Below are positions 16,596-24,000 of a DNA stretch of 24,000 nt, one piece after another. The stretch spans positions 1,006,214 to 1,030,213 of the forward strand of contig NZ_FXAJ01000001.1 in NCBI RefSeq assembly GCF_900177535.1, read 5' to 3'. Every line of letters begins with the position of its first letter. Within the stretch, counting starts at the first letter, position 1. A model generated the notes under the pieces. That model did no database searches, was not told the DNA's origin, and saw only the letters and a program-made list of their open reading frames with translations. The translations under genes and the position numbers were made by a program. This DNA comes from Priestia filamentosa (GTDB lineage Bacteria; Bacillota; Bacilli; Bacillales; Bacillaceae_H).

Positions 16596-16775
16596 ATGCG
16601 TAGAAGCTATACCGTATTCTTTTTATGTTTATTTATCGCTTGCATTACAGCTGGATTAGGATTTGAACGTCATTTTGATTATGCGATGCTCATTGGAACT
16701 GCTCTTGGGATTTTCTTTTTAATTTGTGCAGCTTTTGTGATGGGGAAAAAACGAAGAAAGTCAAAATTAGAATAA
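16596..16775 (+). CDS. Small membrane protein (59 aa, two hydrophobic segments, basic C-terminal tail)
   Basis: ATG 16596 is preceded by AAAAGGAGAGG with a 5-nt spacer, which is better than the listed upstream start at 16554. The sequence is MRRSYTVFFLCLFIACITAGLG...GIFFLICAAFVMGKKRRKSKLE. A hairpin terminator follows. Confidence 0.5.
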   Translation: MRRSYTVFFLCLFIACITAGLGFERHFDYAMLIGTALGIFFLICAAFVMGKKRRKSKLE

Positions 16776-16777
16776 AA

Positions 16778-16812
16778 AAGAAAGGGCATAAAACCATTTT
16801 ATGCCCTTTCTT
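16778..16812. terminator. Bidirectional terminator shared by convergent genes
   Basis: AAGAAAGGGCATAAAA (16778-16793) pairs with TTTTATGCCCTTTCTT (16797-16812) around the loop CCA. The right arm overlaps the stop codon and last four codons (QERA) of the minus-strand gene. Confidence 0.8.
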
Positions 16813-17542
16813 GTGTCCACTGAAAAATGCCTTTTATTAACGCTTCTTTTCGTTGTTCAAACTGCTTGCGACGATGTCCATTCGCGCCTGATGGATGAGG
16901 GAAACCTGTTAAGAATGCTTGTTTAATTTTTCCTTCTTGGACTAAGTTTGTTAGAACGCGGTCAACAGCTTTTCCAAGAGGAATAACAAGGGTTTTAGAA
17001 GGTAACTGTGCAAGCTCCTCTGGGAATATAGTGTATGCGTAAGACGACAAAAGTTTATTTTTATCAATCATAGGCTGAGAACCTGTATAGTTTTTCCCTT
17101 TATAAAAAGCAGGATATTTGATAACCGATGTTGTATGAAGAATGTTTCGTTCTGTTGAAAAAAGAGAAGCAGCATCCTTTATCCCCAGAGCTGTCGGAAG
17201 ACCGCATTCTTCTAACATGTGAATTAAATTTCTTCTCATACTTCCCGCAAAGCTTCCCGCTATTTTTGATTTTTTTAATCCTTCTTCTAATGAATGTCCA
17301 TTAGCTAGTTCACTTCTCAATGTTTCATACGCCATTTTCATTTGCTGGAATCCTGGTGTAATCCCAACGATAATCACTTTGGCATCCTTATTGATATATT
17401 CATTATGCGGGGAATAGTAGATTTCAACGTTGTTTTCTTTTCCGGCGAGAAAAGATGAATGAAGCAGATGCTCACGCGAAAGTGATTGATTTAAAGGTAA
17501 GTTATAAATTGCTTCTAAGTAATCGCTAATCTTTTTTATCAT
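16799..17542 (-). CDS. Uracil-DNA-glycosylase-superfamily (UDG-fold) protein of unknown specificity
   Basis: The motif order fits the UDG fold: VIIVGITPG (motif A-like), FAGSMRRNLIHMLEECGL, LVIPLGKAV and GFPHPSGANG (HPS, motif B-like). ATG 17542, preceded by AAAAAGGTG, is preferred over the listed 17587 start, which has no RBS. Confidence 0.6.
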   Translation of the reverse strand: MIKKISDYLEAIYNLPLNQSLSREHLLHSSFLAGKENNVEIYYSPHNEYINKDAKVIIVGITPGFQQMKMAYETLRSELANGHSLEEGLKKSKIAGSFAGSMRRNLIHMLEECGLPTALGIKDAASLFSTERNILHTTSVIKYPAFYKGKNYTGSQPMIDKNKLLSSYAYTIFPEELAQLPSKTLVIPLGKAVDRVLTNLVQEGKIKQAFLTGFPHPSGANGHRRKQFEQRKEALIKGIFQWTQERA

Positions 17543-17591
17543 GTTGTCGCACCTTTTTCTTTCTGTTTTACCCTGAACGAGCATCATTCAT

Positions 17592-18368
17592 TCAAAACGG
17601 AAGGTTAAGCTGTGCTGGGACATCTTTATGAAAGTCAGGAGTAAAGTGTACTTGAAAAGCATACTCTTCTTTTGAAAAGCAAAGAAGATGGCTATTCCAT
17701 TTAGCATTTTCTACTTTCTCTTCTAGCTCTTTTATAAAGGACAAGTCAGGTGTGCCAAACGTCACAACCATACGTGGAGGTAAAGCTTTTAAAGCAATCG
17801 GAATCCATGGCCTTGTTTTAGAAACAACAACAGCATGAGCGGTTCCGCTTATTACAAAGTTAAATATATCTTGATCCCGCTCTGTTTTCATAGTCAGTTT
17901 ATTTTTTAGCCACTCTCTGAAAACAGGAACAGAAGAAACGGGAAAACCAACTTCTCTTATGTACATAATAGGAAGATCTCCTACTGGTTTTAGGACTGTT
18001 TCATTAACACTTTCATGAGCAATAATTTCTAAAAGATGACCGTCCCCGTCTCGGAAATAAAGGTTTCTTCGTCCGTTCTCGTCATCAATATATTCACCAT
18101 TTTCTTGCTCTAGGAGAAGCAAGCGGGATTCACGTAAAAAAGATGCGGATTCATAGAATAGCGAATATGGCACTTGAAACGCGACATGAGCAGGTGATAC
18201 AGGAATATATTCTTCTTTAAAACTTAGCGTTGTATAAGAGCTGATCTGAAAACGGATAAATGTTGAAGATTCATAGAGGATAGGGAAGTGAAGGCGCTCT
18301 TTGTAAATTTGTTTAACACCTTGAATGGATAGGGTATGGAGCTGGACATCAGAATAGTGAGTAATCAT
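17592..18368 (-). CDS. VOC (glyoxalase/bleomycin-resistance/dioxygenase) domain protein with an uncharacterised C-terminal half
   Basis: 258 aa. LYFRDGDGHLLEIIAH and the HVAFQV strand are typical VOC-module elements. RBS AAAAGGAGA lies upstream. The stop lies 49 nt upstream of the preferred start (17542) of the next gene on the same strand. Confidence 0.6.
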   Translation of the reverse strand: MITHYSDVQLHTLSIQGVKQIYKERLHFPILYESSTFIRFQISSYTTLSFKEEYIPVSPAHVAFQVPYSLFYESASFLRESRLLLLEQENGEYIDDENGRRNLYFRDGDGHLLEIIAHESVNETVLKPVGDLPIMYIREVGFPVSSVPVFREWLKNKLTMKTERDQDIFNFVISGTAHAVVVSKTRPWIPIALKALPPRMVVTFGTPDLSFIKELEEKVENAKWNSHLLCFSKEEYAFQVHFTPDFHKDVPAQLNLPF

Positions 18369-18691
18369 GGATAGGTCTCCTTTTAAGTAATAATAGCCTT
18401 TGTACTAAAATAATAAATTAAATTTAAAATCAGAATGTATTATAGTTTTTCAACTATTTCGTTATGGATAAATGAAGGTTCTAAAAGTCTAATCTTGTTG
18501 TAATAGGAGACTGTTTTTACAGAAATACCGCAGAACAAAGTCACTTTTCTAGTGGGATACCTCCTCAACGCTGCTCTTTCTTTTAGTATACAATACTCAG
18601 TCGTTTTTGGGATAAAATGTATTTGGTTATAGTTGTCTTTCTTTCTACATTGCTATTAAAATGAAAGAAAAAATAGGGAGGAAGAGTGTTT

Positions 18692-19441
18692 ATGTTTTTG
18701 AGGAAAGTAAGACTACTACGCCATAAAGTGCCTAGTTTCGAGGAATTCCCTTTTTCAATTCCGGTCATTGGAGCGCTTGAAGAGCTCGATTTTAACACAG
18801 GCGTAACTTTTTTTGTGGGAGAAAACGGCTCTGGGAAGTCCACACTATTAGAGGCTATTGCATCAAATTGTGGCTTTCATCTCTCTGGGGGCGCTAAAAA
18901 TAATCAGTATAGCACGTATGAACAAAAACCGATGTTAGATGAATATATTCGCTTATCATGGATGCCAAAAATCTCGAACGGTTTCTTTTTAAGAGCAGAA
19001 TCATTTTATAATTTTGCTACCTATCTTGATATCCTCCAGAAAGAACATCCTGATCAAGATATTTTTAAAGCGTACGGAGGAAAATCTTTGCATGAGCAGT
19101 CACATGGAGAATCATTTCTTTCGCTTTTTTCACATCGCTTTAATGAGAAAGCTCTCTATCTTTTAGATGAACCAGAAGCAGCACTTTCTCCAGCGAGACA
19201 ACTTGCATTACTGAAAATAATTCATGATCTTTCTAAAAAAGGGAATGCGCAATTTATCATTGCTACGCATTCTCCTATTTTATTAGGCTATCCAGAGGGA
19301 GTTATCTTGAATTTTGATTCTTCTTCCCTTGAGGAAATACGTTATGAAATGACAGATCATTATCAAATTACCCATTATTTTTTACAAAACCGGGACAGAA
19401 TGCTTCATCATTTATTGACAGAAGAAGACGAAACAAAATAG
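18692..19441 (+). CDS. Stand-alone ABC/SMC-like P-loop ATPase (COG3910-like predicted ATPase)
   Basis: Walker A is GENGSGKSTLLEAI, the signature-like segment is HEQSHGESF, Walker B is LYLLDEPEAALSP, and the H-loop is IIATHSPILL. RBS GGGAGGA is present. ATG 18692 is preferred over GTG 18686. Confidence 0.8.
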   Translation: MFLRKVRLLRHKVPSFEEFPFSIPVIGALEELDFNTGVTFFVGENGSGKSTLLEAIASNCGFHLSGGAKNNQYSTYEQKPMLDEYIRLSWMPKISNGFFLRAESFYNFATYLDILQKEHPDQDIFKAYGGKSLHEQSHGESFLSLFSHRFNEKALYLLDEPEAALSPARQLALLKIIHDLSKKGNAQFIIATHSPILLGYPEGVILNFDSSSLEEIRYEMTDHYQITHYFLQNRDRMLHHLLTEEDETK

Positions 19442-19455
19442 AAAGAAGGTGTAAT

Positions 19456-19917
19456 ATGCTAGAGCATTTTTTATCGCTAAGTCCAAGGAGTCAAGTTGCT
19501 TGTTTAGTTCTATTAAGTGAGAAGGTTGTAGATCGGTTAAGGGGGACAGAAGGGTATCCAGAAGCAAAAAGAGCGCTGAGACGCTGTGCGGACTGGTCGA
19601 AAGTTCAAAGAGAAAAAGGAGATAATCTGTACTCATTGCTCGAGGATGGAAGCGATGAGTCAGGTTTATTTAATTATACAGGGTATATAGATATGGAAGA
19701 GGAGACTGAACAGGTTTGGGACTGTGTTGTAAGTACAGTAGCATATACTGCTTATTGGGCTTATGCCTATGAGGGACAGAAGTATGTTCCTCAAACGCTT
19801 GAAAGCATTGATGAAGAGCTTATCGAACATTTTTTGGCGGGATTTTATGCGCTTGATCCGAGTTATCAGCAAATAGTGGCTGAAACTATTGCCGAGGTAG
19901 AAAGCTTTCTTATATAA
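19456..19917 (+). CDS. Small acidic cytoplasmic protein (153 aa), unknown function; weak recollection of resemblance to Imm6-type immunity proteins
   Basis: The ORF starts 14 nt after the ATPase stop, with RBS GAAGGTG. It has no transmembrane segment and is rich in D/E. It contains an aromatic segment, WDCVVSTVAYTAYWAYAYEGQKYVPQ. Confidence 0.6.
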   Translation: MLEHFLSLSPRSQVACLVLLSEKVVDRLRGTEGYPEAKRALRRCADWSKVQREKGDNLYSLLEDGSDESGLFNYTGYIDMEEETEQVWDCVVSTVAYTAYWAYAYEGQKYVPQTLESIDEELIEHFLAGFYALDPSYQQIVAETIAEVESFLI

Positions 19918-19946
19918 GAAAATTCACAATGCCAGGCGATTCTTCT

Positions 19947-19974
19947 TTGTAGTTTTTAAAATTCGTTTTATAAT
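19947..19974 (+). promoter_or_regulatory. Candidate sigma-A promoter for the DUF3311-like/symporter operon
   Basis: TTGTAG (19947-19952) is separated by 16 nt from TATAAT (19969-19974), about 65 nt upstream of ATG 20040. Confidence 0.45.
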
Positions 19975-20039
19975 AGAAAAGTTACTCCTCTATAAAAGAT
20001 ATCGTATAGGGGATGAGTTGTAATAAGGAGGTTTTCTGG

Positions 20040-20240
20040 ATGAGAAAGATCTATTTACTTTCGCTTGTACCCTTTATTGCTATATTAGGGTTTCTTCCCT
20101 TTGTAAACAGAATAGAGCCTTTTGTATTAGGGTTACCCTTTAATATGTTTTGGATGGCCTTATGGACAGCGTTAACATCAGTCATTCTAGGCATTATGTA
20201 CAAATTAGACCCGCGGAATCGGGAAGGGGAAGAAAAATGA
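20040..20240 (+). CDS. Small two-TM membrane protein, DUF3311-like symporter-associated peptide
   Basis: 66 aa from ATG 20040, with RBS TAAGGAGG and an 8-nt spacer. The protein is hydrophobic (LVPFIAILGFLPFVN...LGLPFNMFWMALWTALTSVILGIMY). Its stop overlaps the symporter start in ATGA (20237-20240). Confidence 0.65.
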   Translation: MRKIYLLSLVPFIAILGFLPFVNRIEPFVLGLPFNMFWMALWTALTSVILGIMYKLDPRNREGEEK

Positions 20241-21700
20241 ATTTGGCACTTTTTATTATTTTAGCATTTTTACTTTTAGCTCTTTATTTAGGTATCCGTG
20301 CTTCAAAGGGAAAAGAAATGAACTTAGAAGAATGGACAGTAGCAGGCCGCGGATTTAGTGGAATATTTGTTTTTCTACTGATGGCGGGTGAAATTTATAC
20401 AACGTTCTCCTTTTTAGGAGGAAGCGGCTGGGCGTATGGAAAAGGAACGCCTGCTTTGTACGTTATGATCTATATTACGCTCTCTTATGTTCTCTCATAT
20501 TGGCTTCTTCCAAGTATTTGGAGATATGCTAAAGAACATAATTTAGTTTCTCAATCAGATTTTTTTGTAAGTAAATATAAAAGCCCGTATTTAGGTGTGC
20601 TAGTAGCAATCGTTGGTGTTATTGCGATGATTCCTATTATTGTTGTTCAGCTTAAAGGGCTTGGAATTATCGTGTCACAAGCTTCATATGGAGCCATTTC
20701 TCTCTCAACAGCTGTTTGGGTAGGAGCGATTTGTCTGACGGTGTATGTGATGATTTCGGGAATTCATGGTTCTGCATGGACAGCGGTTATTAAAGATTTT
20801 ATGATGGTTGGTATTATTGGATTTTTAGGAGTGTATCTACCCCTTCATTATTATGGAAGTTATCATGATATGTTTCAAGCCATTTACAGTGTAAAACCTG
20901 AGCTTTTAAAGCTACCAGATGAAGGCTATAGCGTTTCTTGGTTTATTTCAACCGTTATTTTACTTGTGCTTGGTTTTTATATGTGGCCACAAGTGTTTAG
21001 TTCAACATATACAGCCAAGAGTGGAAAAGTCTTTCGCAGAAATGCGATTATTAGTCCACTTTATACACTTATGCTTCTTTTTGTCTTTTTTGTAGGATAT
21101 GCAGCTGTTTTAAAAGTTCCGGGCTTACAGGGGGGAGACGTTGATTTAGCTTTATTAAGCTTATCGATTCAGACATTTGATCCATGGTTTATTGGAATCA
21201 TAGGAGGTGCTGGGCTGCTAACAGCGCTTGTGCCTGGCTCCATGATTTTGCTCAGTGCTTCAACGCTATTATCAAAAAATGTTTATAAAGTATTCGTTCC
21301 GTCTGCCCCTGATGAGAGAGTTGTTAAATTAGCTAAAATGCTTGTTCCTTTTATTGCTCTTATTTCGGTTTATTTTACACTAAATGAAGGAACAACTCTC
21401 GCTACAATTTCACTTATGGGCTATAACATTATGACGCAGCTTTTTCCAAGTTTAATTTTTAGTTTGAGAAAACGCAACTTTGTAACAAAGCAAGGAGCAG
21501 CAACGGGTATTATTGTTGGACTTGCTACTGTAACTTACATCACGTTAAGCGGAACAACGATTGCCACATTGTTCCCTAACATTCCTCAGGGAATAAAAGA
21601 TTTAAATATTGGATTCATTGCATTATTTATTAACGTAATTATAACGATTATTGTGAGTTTAATGACGAAAAAGCTAAATAACAGGCAAAGTAACATATAA
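20237..21700 (+). CDS. Sodium:solute symporter family (SSS) transporter
   Basis: 487 aa from ATG 20237, polytopic. The SSS-typical N-terminal region is AGRGFSGIFVFLLMAGEIYTTFSFLGGSGWAYGKG. The listed 20150 start would lie inside the upstream gene. Confidence 0.85.
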   Translation: MNLALFIILAFLLLALYLGIRASKGKEMNLEEWTVAGRGFSGIFVFLLMAGEIYTTFSFLGGSGWAYGKGTPALYVMIYITLSYVLSYWLLPSIWRYAKEHNLVSQSDFFVSKYKSPYLGVLVAIVGVIAMIPIIVVQLKGLGIIVSQASYGAISLSTAVWVGAICLTVYVMISGIHGSAWTAVIKDFMMVGIIGFLGVYLPLHYYGSYHDMFQAIYSVKPELLKLPDEGYSVSWFISTVILLVLGFYMWPQVFSSTYTAKSGKVFRRNAIISPLYTLMLLFVFFVGYAAVLKVPGLQGGDVDLALLSLSIQTFDPWFIGIIGGAGLLTALVPGSMILLSASTLLSKNVYKVFVPSAPDERVVKLAKMLVPFIALISVYFTLNEGTTLATISLMGYNIMTQLFPSLIFSLRKRNFVTKQGAATGIIVGLATVTYITLSGTTIATLFPNIPQGIKDLNIGFIALFINVIITIIVSLMTKKLNNRQSNI

Positions 21701-21779
21701 TATATTCTTCATTCCTTTCATGAGCAGTAGGTCAAAGTGTCAGGGAAATAACTAGCTTTTAACAATCCAGTATCCATCA

Positions 21780-21815
21780 AAAAAACGGTCTGAAATTAAA
21801 TTCAGACCGTTTTTT
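21780..21815. terminator. Bidirectional terminator between the convergent symporter and GH4 genes
   Basis: ACGGTCTGAA (21785-21794) pairs with TTCAGACCGT (21801-21810). The stem is flanked by A5 and T5. Confidence 0.85.
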
Positions 21816-21817
21816 AT

Positions 21818-23146
21818 TTAAGCTTCAACGCGTGTGAAAAAGTTTGGTAAATAGTCTTTATGAGCTTCTAGCATTTCATCTAAAATGACTTTAGCCATTT
21901 TATCAGATGGTACAAGCGGGTTAATTGTTAAGGCAAGAAGAGCCGTGTCATAGCTTCCTGTTACAGCAGCTTCTGCGGCAACGCGTTCAAATGATTTAAT
22001 TTGGCTAACAAGTCCTTGGGCAGCAACTGGAATTTCACCATTCACAACAGGACGAGGCCCTTCTTTTGTAATAACGCAGCTTACTTCAACAGCAGATTCT
22101 GCTGGGATAAATGAGATTGCTCCGTTATTGATTGTGTTAACAGGTTGAATATCTCGCTTATCGTTATAAATAGAAGAAATTAAGCGAACAGCTGCGTCAC
22201 TATAGTAGGCACCGCCACGTTCTTCTAACTGAGGTGGTTTTACGGCTAGATTTTCATCTTTGTACAGTTCAAACAGTTCAGTTTCTAGCTTTTTCACAAC
22301 TTCCGCACGTGTTGTGCCTTCTTCAAAGTTTTTAAGCTCTTTTTGCAGCGTTTGTTCTTTTTTATAGTAGTACAGGTGGTATGGGCATGTGAGCGCATTC
22401 AAAGCTTTTAAGAATCCAGGCTCCCATTCTTGACCTTCGATGTTTTTCACAAAGCTGCTGTTTTCAGGATCTGACAGCTTTTCAATTACTTGTTCTTTTA
22501 CGCTAACACCATCCAAATAAACATCTAACCCATATACCATATGATTTAAACCAGCAAAATCAATAGAGATTCGAGAATGATCGACGTCTAATAATTTAGC
22601 AATCCCCATTTCCATTCCGATTGGTACATTGCACAAGCCAACAATTTTCTTGTGATTGCTATAGCGAAGAACAGCTTCAGTTACCATACCAGCTGGGTTC
22701 GTAAAGTTAATGAGCCAAGCGTTTGGACATAGTTTTTCAATATCGTTTACGATATCTAAAATAACAGGAATTGTGCGCAGGCCTTTGAAAAGTCCACCTG
22801 GTCCATTCGTTTCTTGTCCTAATACGCCATGTTTTAATGGAATGCGCTCATCTTTTGCACGAGCATCAAGAAGACCAACGCGAAGCTGTGTTGTAACAAA
22901 GTCAGCATCTTTTAATGCTTCCTTGCGGTCTAAAGTTAAATGAACTTCAATATCTAATCCAGCTTTTGCAATCATGCGTTTTGCGAGATTGCCAACAATC
23001 TCTAGTTTTTCTTTTCCTTCTTCTATATCAACAAGCCAAAGCTCTCTTAGCGGTAATTCATGATAATGTTTAATAAACCCTTCTACTAGTTCAGGTGTAT
23101 AGCTTGAGCCTCCACCAATAGTTACAATTTTAATTCCTTTTGACAT
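21818..23146 (-). CDS. Glycoside hydrolase family 4 6-phospho-beta-glucosidase (LicH/ChbF-type)
   Basis: The N-terminal NAD-binding segment KIVTIGGGSSYTPELVEGFIK is present, along with GQETNGPGGLFKGLRTIPV, NFTNPAGMVTEA and GLCNVP, typical of the GH4 CelF/LicH branch. ATG 23146 with RBS GGAGG is preferred over the listed 23161. Confidence 0.9.
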   Translation of the reverse strand: MSKGIKIVTIGGGSSYTPELVEGFIKHYHELPLRELWLVDIEEGKEKLEIVGNLAKRMIAKAGLDIEVHLTLDRKEALKDADFVTTQLRVGLLDARAKDERIPLKHGVLGQETNGPGGLFKGLRTIPVILDIVNDIEKLCPNAWLINFTNPAGMVTEAVLRYSNHKKIVGLCNVPIGMEMGIAKLLDVDHSRISIDFAGLNHMVYGLDVYLDGVSVKEQVIEKLSDPENSSFVKNIEGQEWEPGFLKALNALTCPYHLYYYKKEQTLQKELKNFEEGTTRAEVVKKLETELFELYKDENLAVKPPQLEERGGAYYSDAAVRLISSIYNDKRDIQPVNTINNGAISFIPAESAVEVSCVITKEGPRPVVNGEIPVAAQGLVSQIKSFERVAAEAAVTGSYDTALLALTINPLVPSDKMAKVILDEMLEAHKDYLPNFFTRVEA

Positions 23147-23186
23147 TGTGAAAACCTCCAATAACTAAAATTGAGTACACATTAAG

Positions 23187-23200
23187 TGTAATCGCTTTAC
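23187..23200. promoter_or_regulatory. Candidate catabolite-responsive element (cre) upstream of the GH4 gene
   Basis: TGTAATCGCTTTAC matches 12 of 14 positions of TGWAANCGNTNWCA, including the central CG. It lies 41 nt upstream of the GH4 start codon. Confidence 0.35.
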
Positions 23201-23313
23201 TAAAAGGGAGTAAATAGAGAGAGGGCGTTTAGGTTTTTATGACGTTAAAAGGCATTTGTTACATTTCCGAAACACTATGTTTCATGTTATTCTTAAAAGG
23301 AAGGAGGGAGAAA

Positions 23314-24000
23314 ATGTTTTCAAGTGAAATGATTTCTTCGTTTAATGAACTTGAAACTGCTTTATATAACTACATATGTAAAAATGGCGAAAAAGTCGTA
23401 TATATGCGAATTCGTGATCTTGCTAACGAAACGCATGTTTCAACGTCCACTATTTTACGATTTTGTCGGAAAATAAACTGTGAAGGTTTTTCAGAGTTTA
23501 AAGTAAAATTGAAGCTTCATTTAAATCAATCGCAGGAAGTTAAAGTAAAAAGCAGCCAATATGCTCTCTCTGAGTTTGTAGAAAGAATTGAGAGTTTTCA
23601 AGAAGGAATAAAGAGAGCCGTCGATCTTATTACAAGTTGTGATAACGTTATTTTTATTGGAACAGGAAGCTCGGGGATTTTAGCTGAATATGGCGCTCGA
23701 TATTTTTCGAGTATCGGAAAGCTCTCTATGTATGTAAAAGATCCTTATATGCCTATTCAGGCAAATTTTTTACATAATAGTACAACAATAGCTCTGTCTG
23801 TATCAGGGGAAACTAGCTTTACCGTGTCCCACATTCATCAGTTAAAAGAGAGCGGAAGTCATATTGTGAGTATTACGAATAACAAACATTGCACAATGAG
23901 CAAGATGGCTGATGTGAATATTTCTTATTATGTAAACGAAGAATGGATAAATGGAGCGAATATTACAACACAAATGCCTGTTGTCTATCTTTTAGAAGAG
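23314..24000 (+). CDS. RpiR-family transcriptional regulator (HTH plus SIS domain), 3' end outside the window
   Basis: This ORF is not in the supplied track because no stop is reached. I read the frame by hand as open from ATG 23314 (RBS AAGGAGGGAG) to base 24000. It contains an RpiR-type HTH (IRDLANETHVSTSTILRFCRKINCEGFSEFK) and SIS motifs (IFIGTGSSG, ALSVSGETS). Confidence 0.85.
   Translation, partial: MFSSEMISSFNELETALYNYICKNGEKVVYMRIRDLANETHVSTSTILRFCRKINCEGFSEFKVKLKLHLNQSQEVKVKSSQYALSEFVERIESFQEGIKRAVDLITSCDNVIFIGTGSSGILAEYGARYFSSIGKLSMYVKDPYMPIQANFLHNSTTIALSVSGETSFTVSHIHQLKESGSHIVSITNNKHCTMSKMADVNISYYVNEEWINGANITTQMPVVYLLEE

Noticed and set aside
18583-18843. An 86-aa minus-strand ORF overlapping the ATPase gene start.
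   Set aside because: It is antisense to the Walker A-encoding region of a well-supported gene, and no RBS is present.

Overview
This is a chromosomal segment from a low-GC Gram-positive, Bacillaceae-like genome with about 23 credible genes. I found no rRNA, tRNA, CRISPR array, transposase or integrase. From left to right the window contains: (1) the 3' end of a TPR gene, followed 17 nt later by a 923-aa membrane-anchored, highly charged helical protein carrying a 16-unit in-frame 21-bp tandem repeat, (PTDPDDK)n; (2) a stand-alone ADP-ribosylglycohydrolase; (3) an unassigned 224-aa protein; (4) a LevR-type sigma-54 activator, a textbook -24/-12 promoter, a mannose-family PTS (EIIA, EIIB, EIIC, EIID) and two SIS-domain enzymes, which together resemble a Gfr-like fructosamine/glucoselysine utilisation operon; (5) guaC with a sigma-A promoter and a candidate PurBox pair; (6) an operon pairing an N-terminally truncated, His15-less HPr-like protein with an RraA/HMG-aldolase-family protein; (7) a small membrane protein; (8) a VOC-domain plus UDG-superfamily gene pair; (9) a stand-alone ABC/SMC-like ATPase plus a small acidic protein; (10) a DUF3311-like peptide overlapping a sodium:solute symporter; (11) a GH4 6-phospho-beta-glucosidase divergent from an RpiR regulator that runs off the window. 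Sequence alone does not prove any new system. The best follow-up candidates are the HPr-like/RraA-like pair, the repeat-bearing giant membrane protein, the sigma-54 promoter nested in a terminator hairpin, the ATPase/acidic-protein pair and the VOC/UDG-like pair. All family calls come from motifs I recognised by eye. No database search or computation was run.
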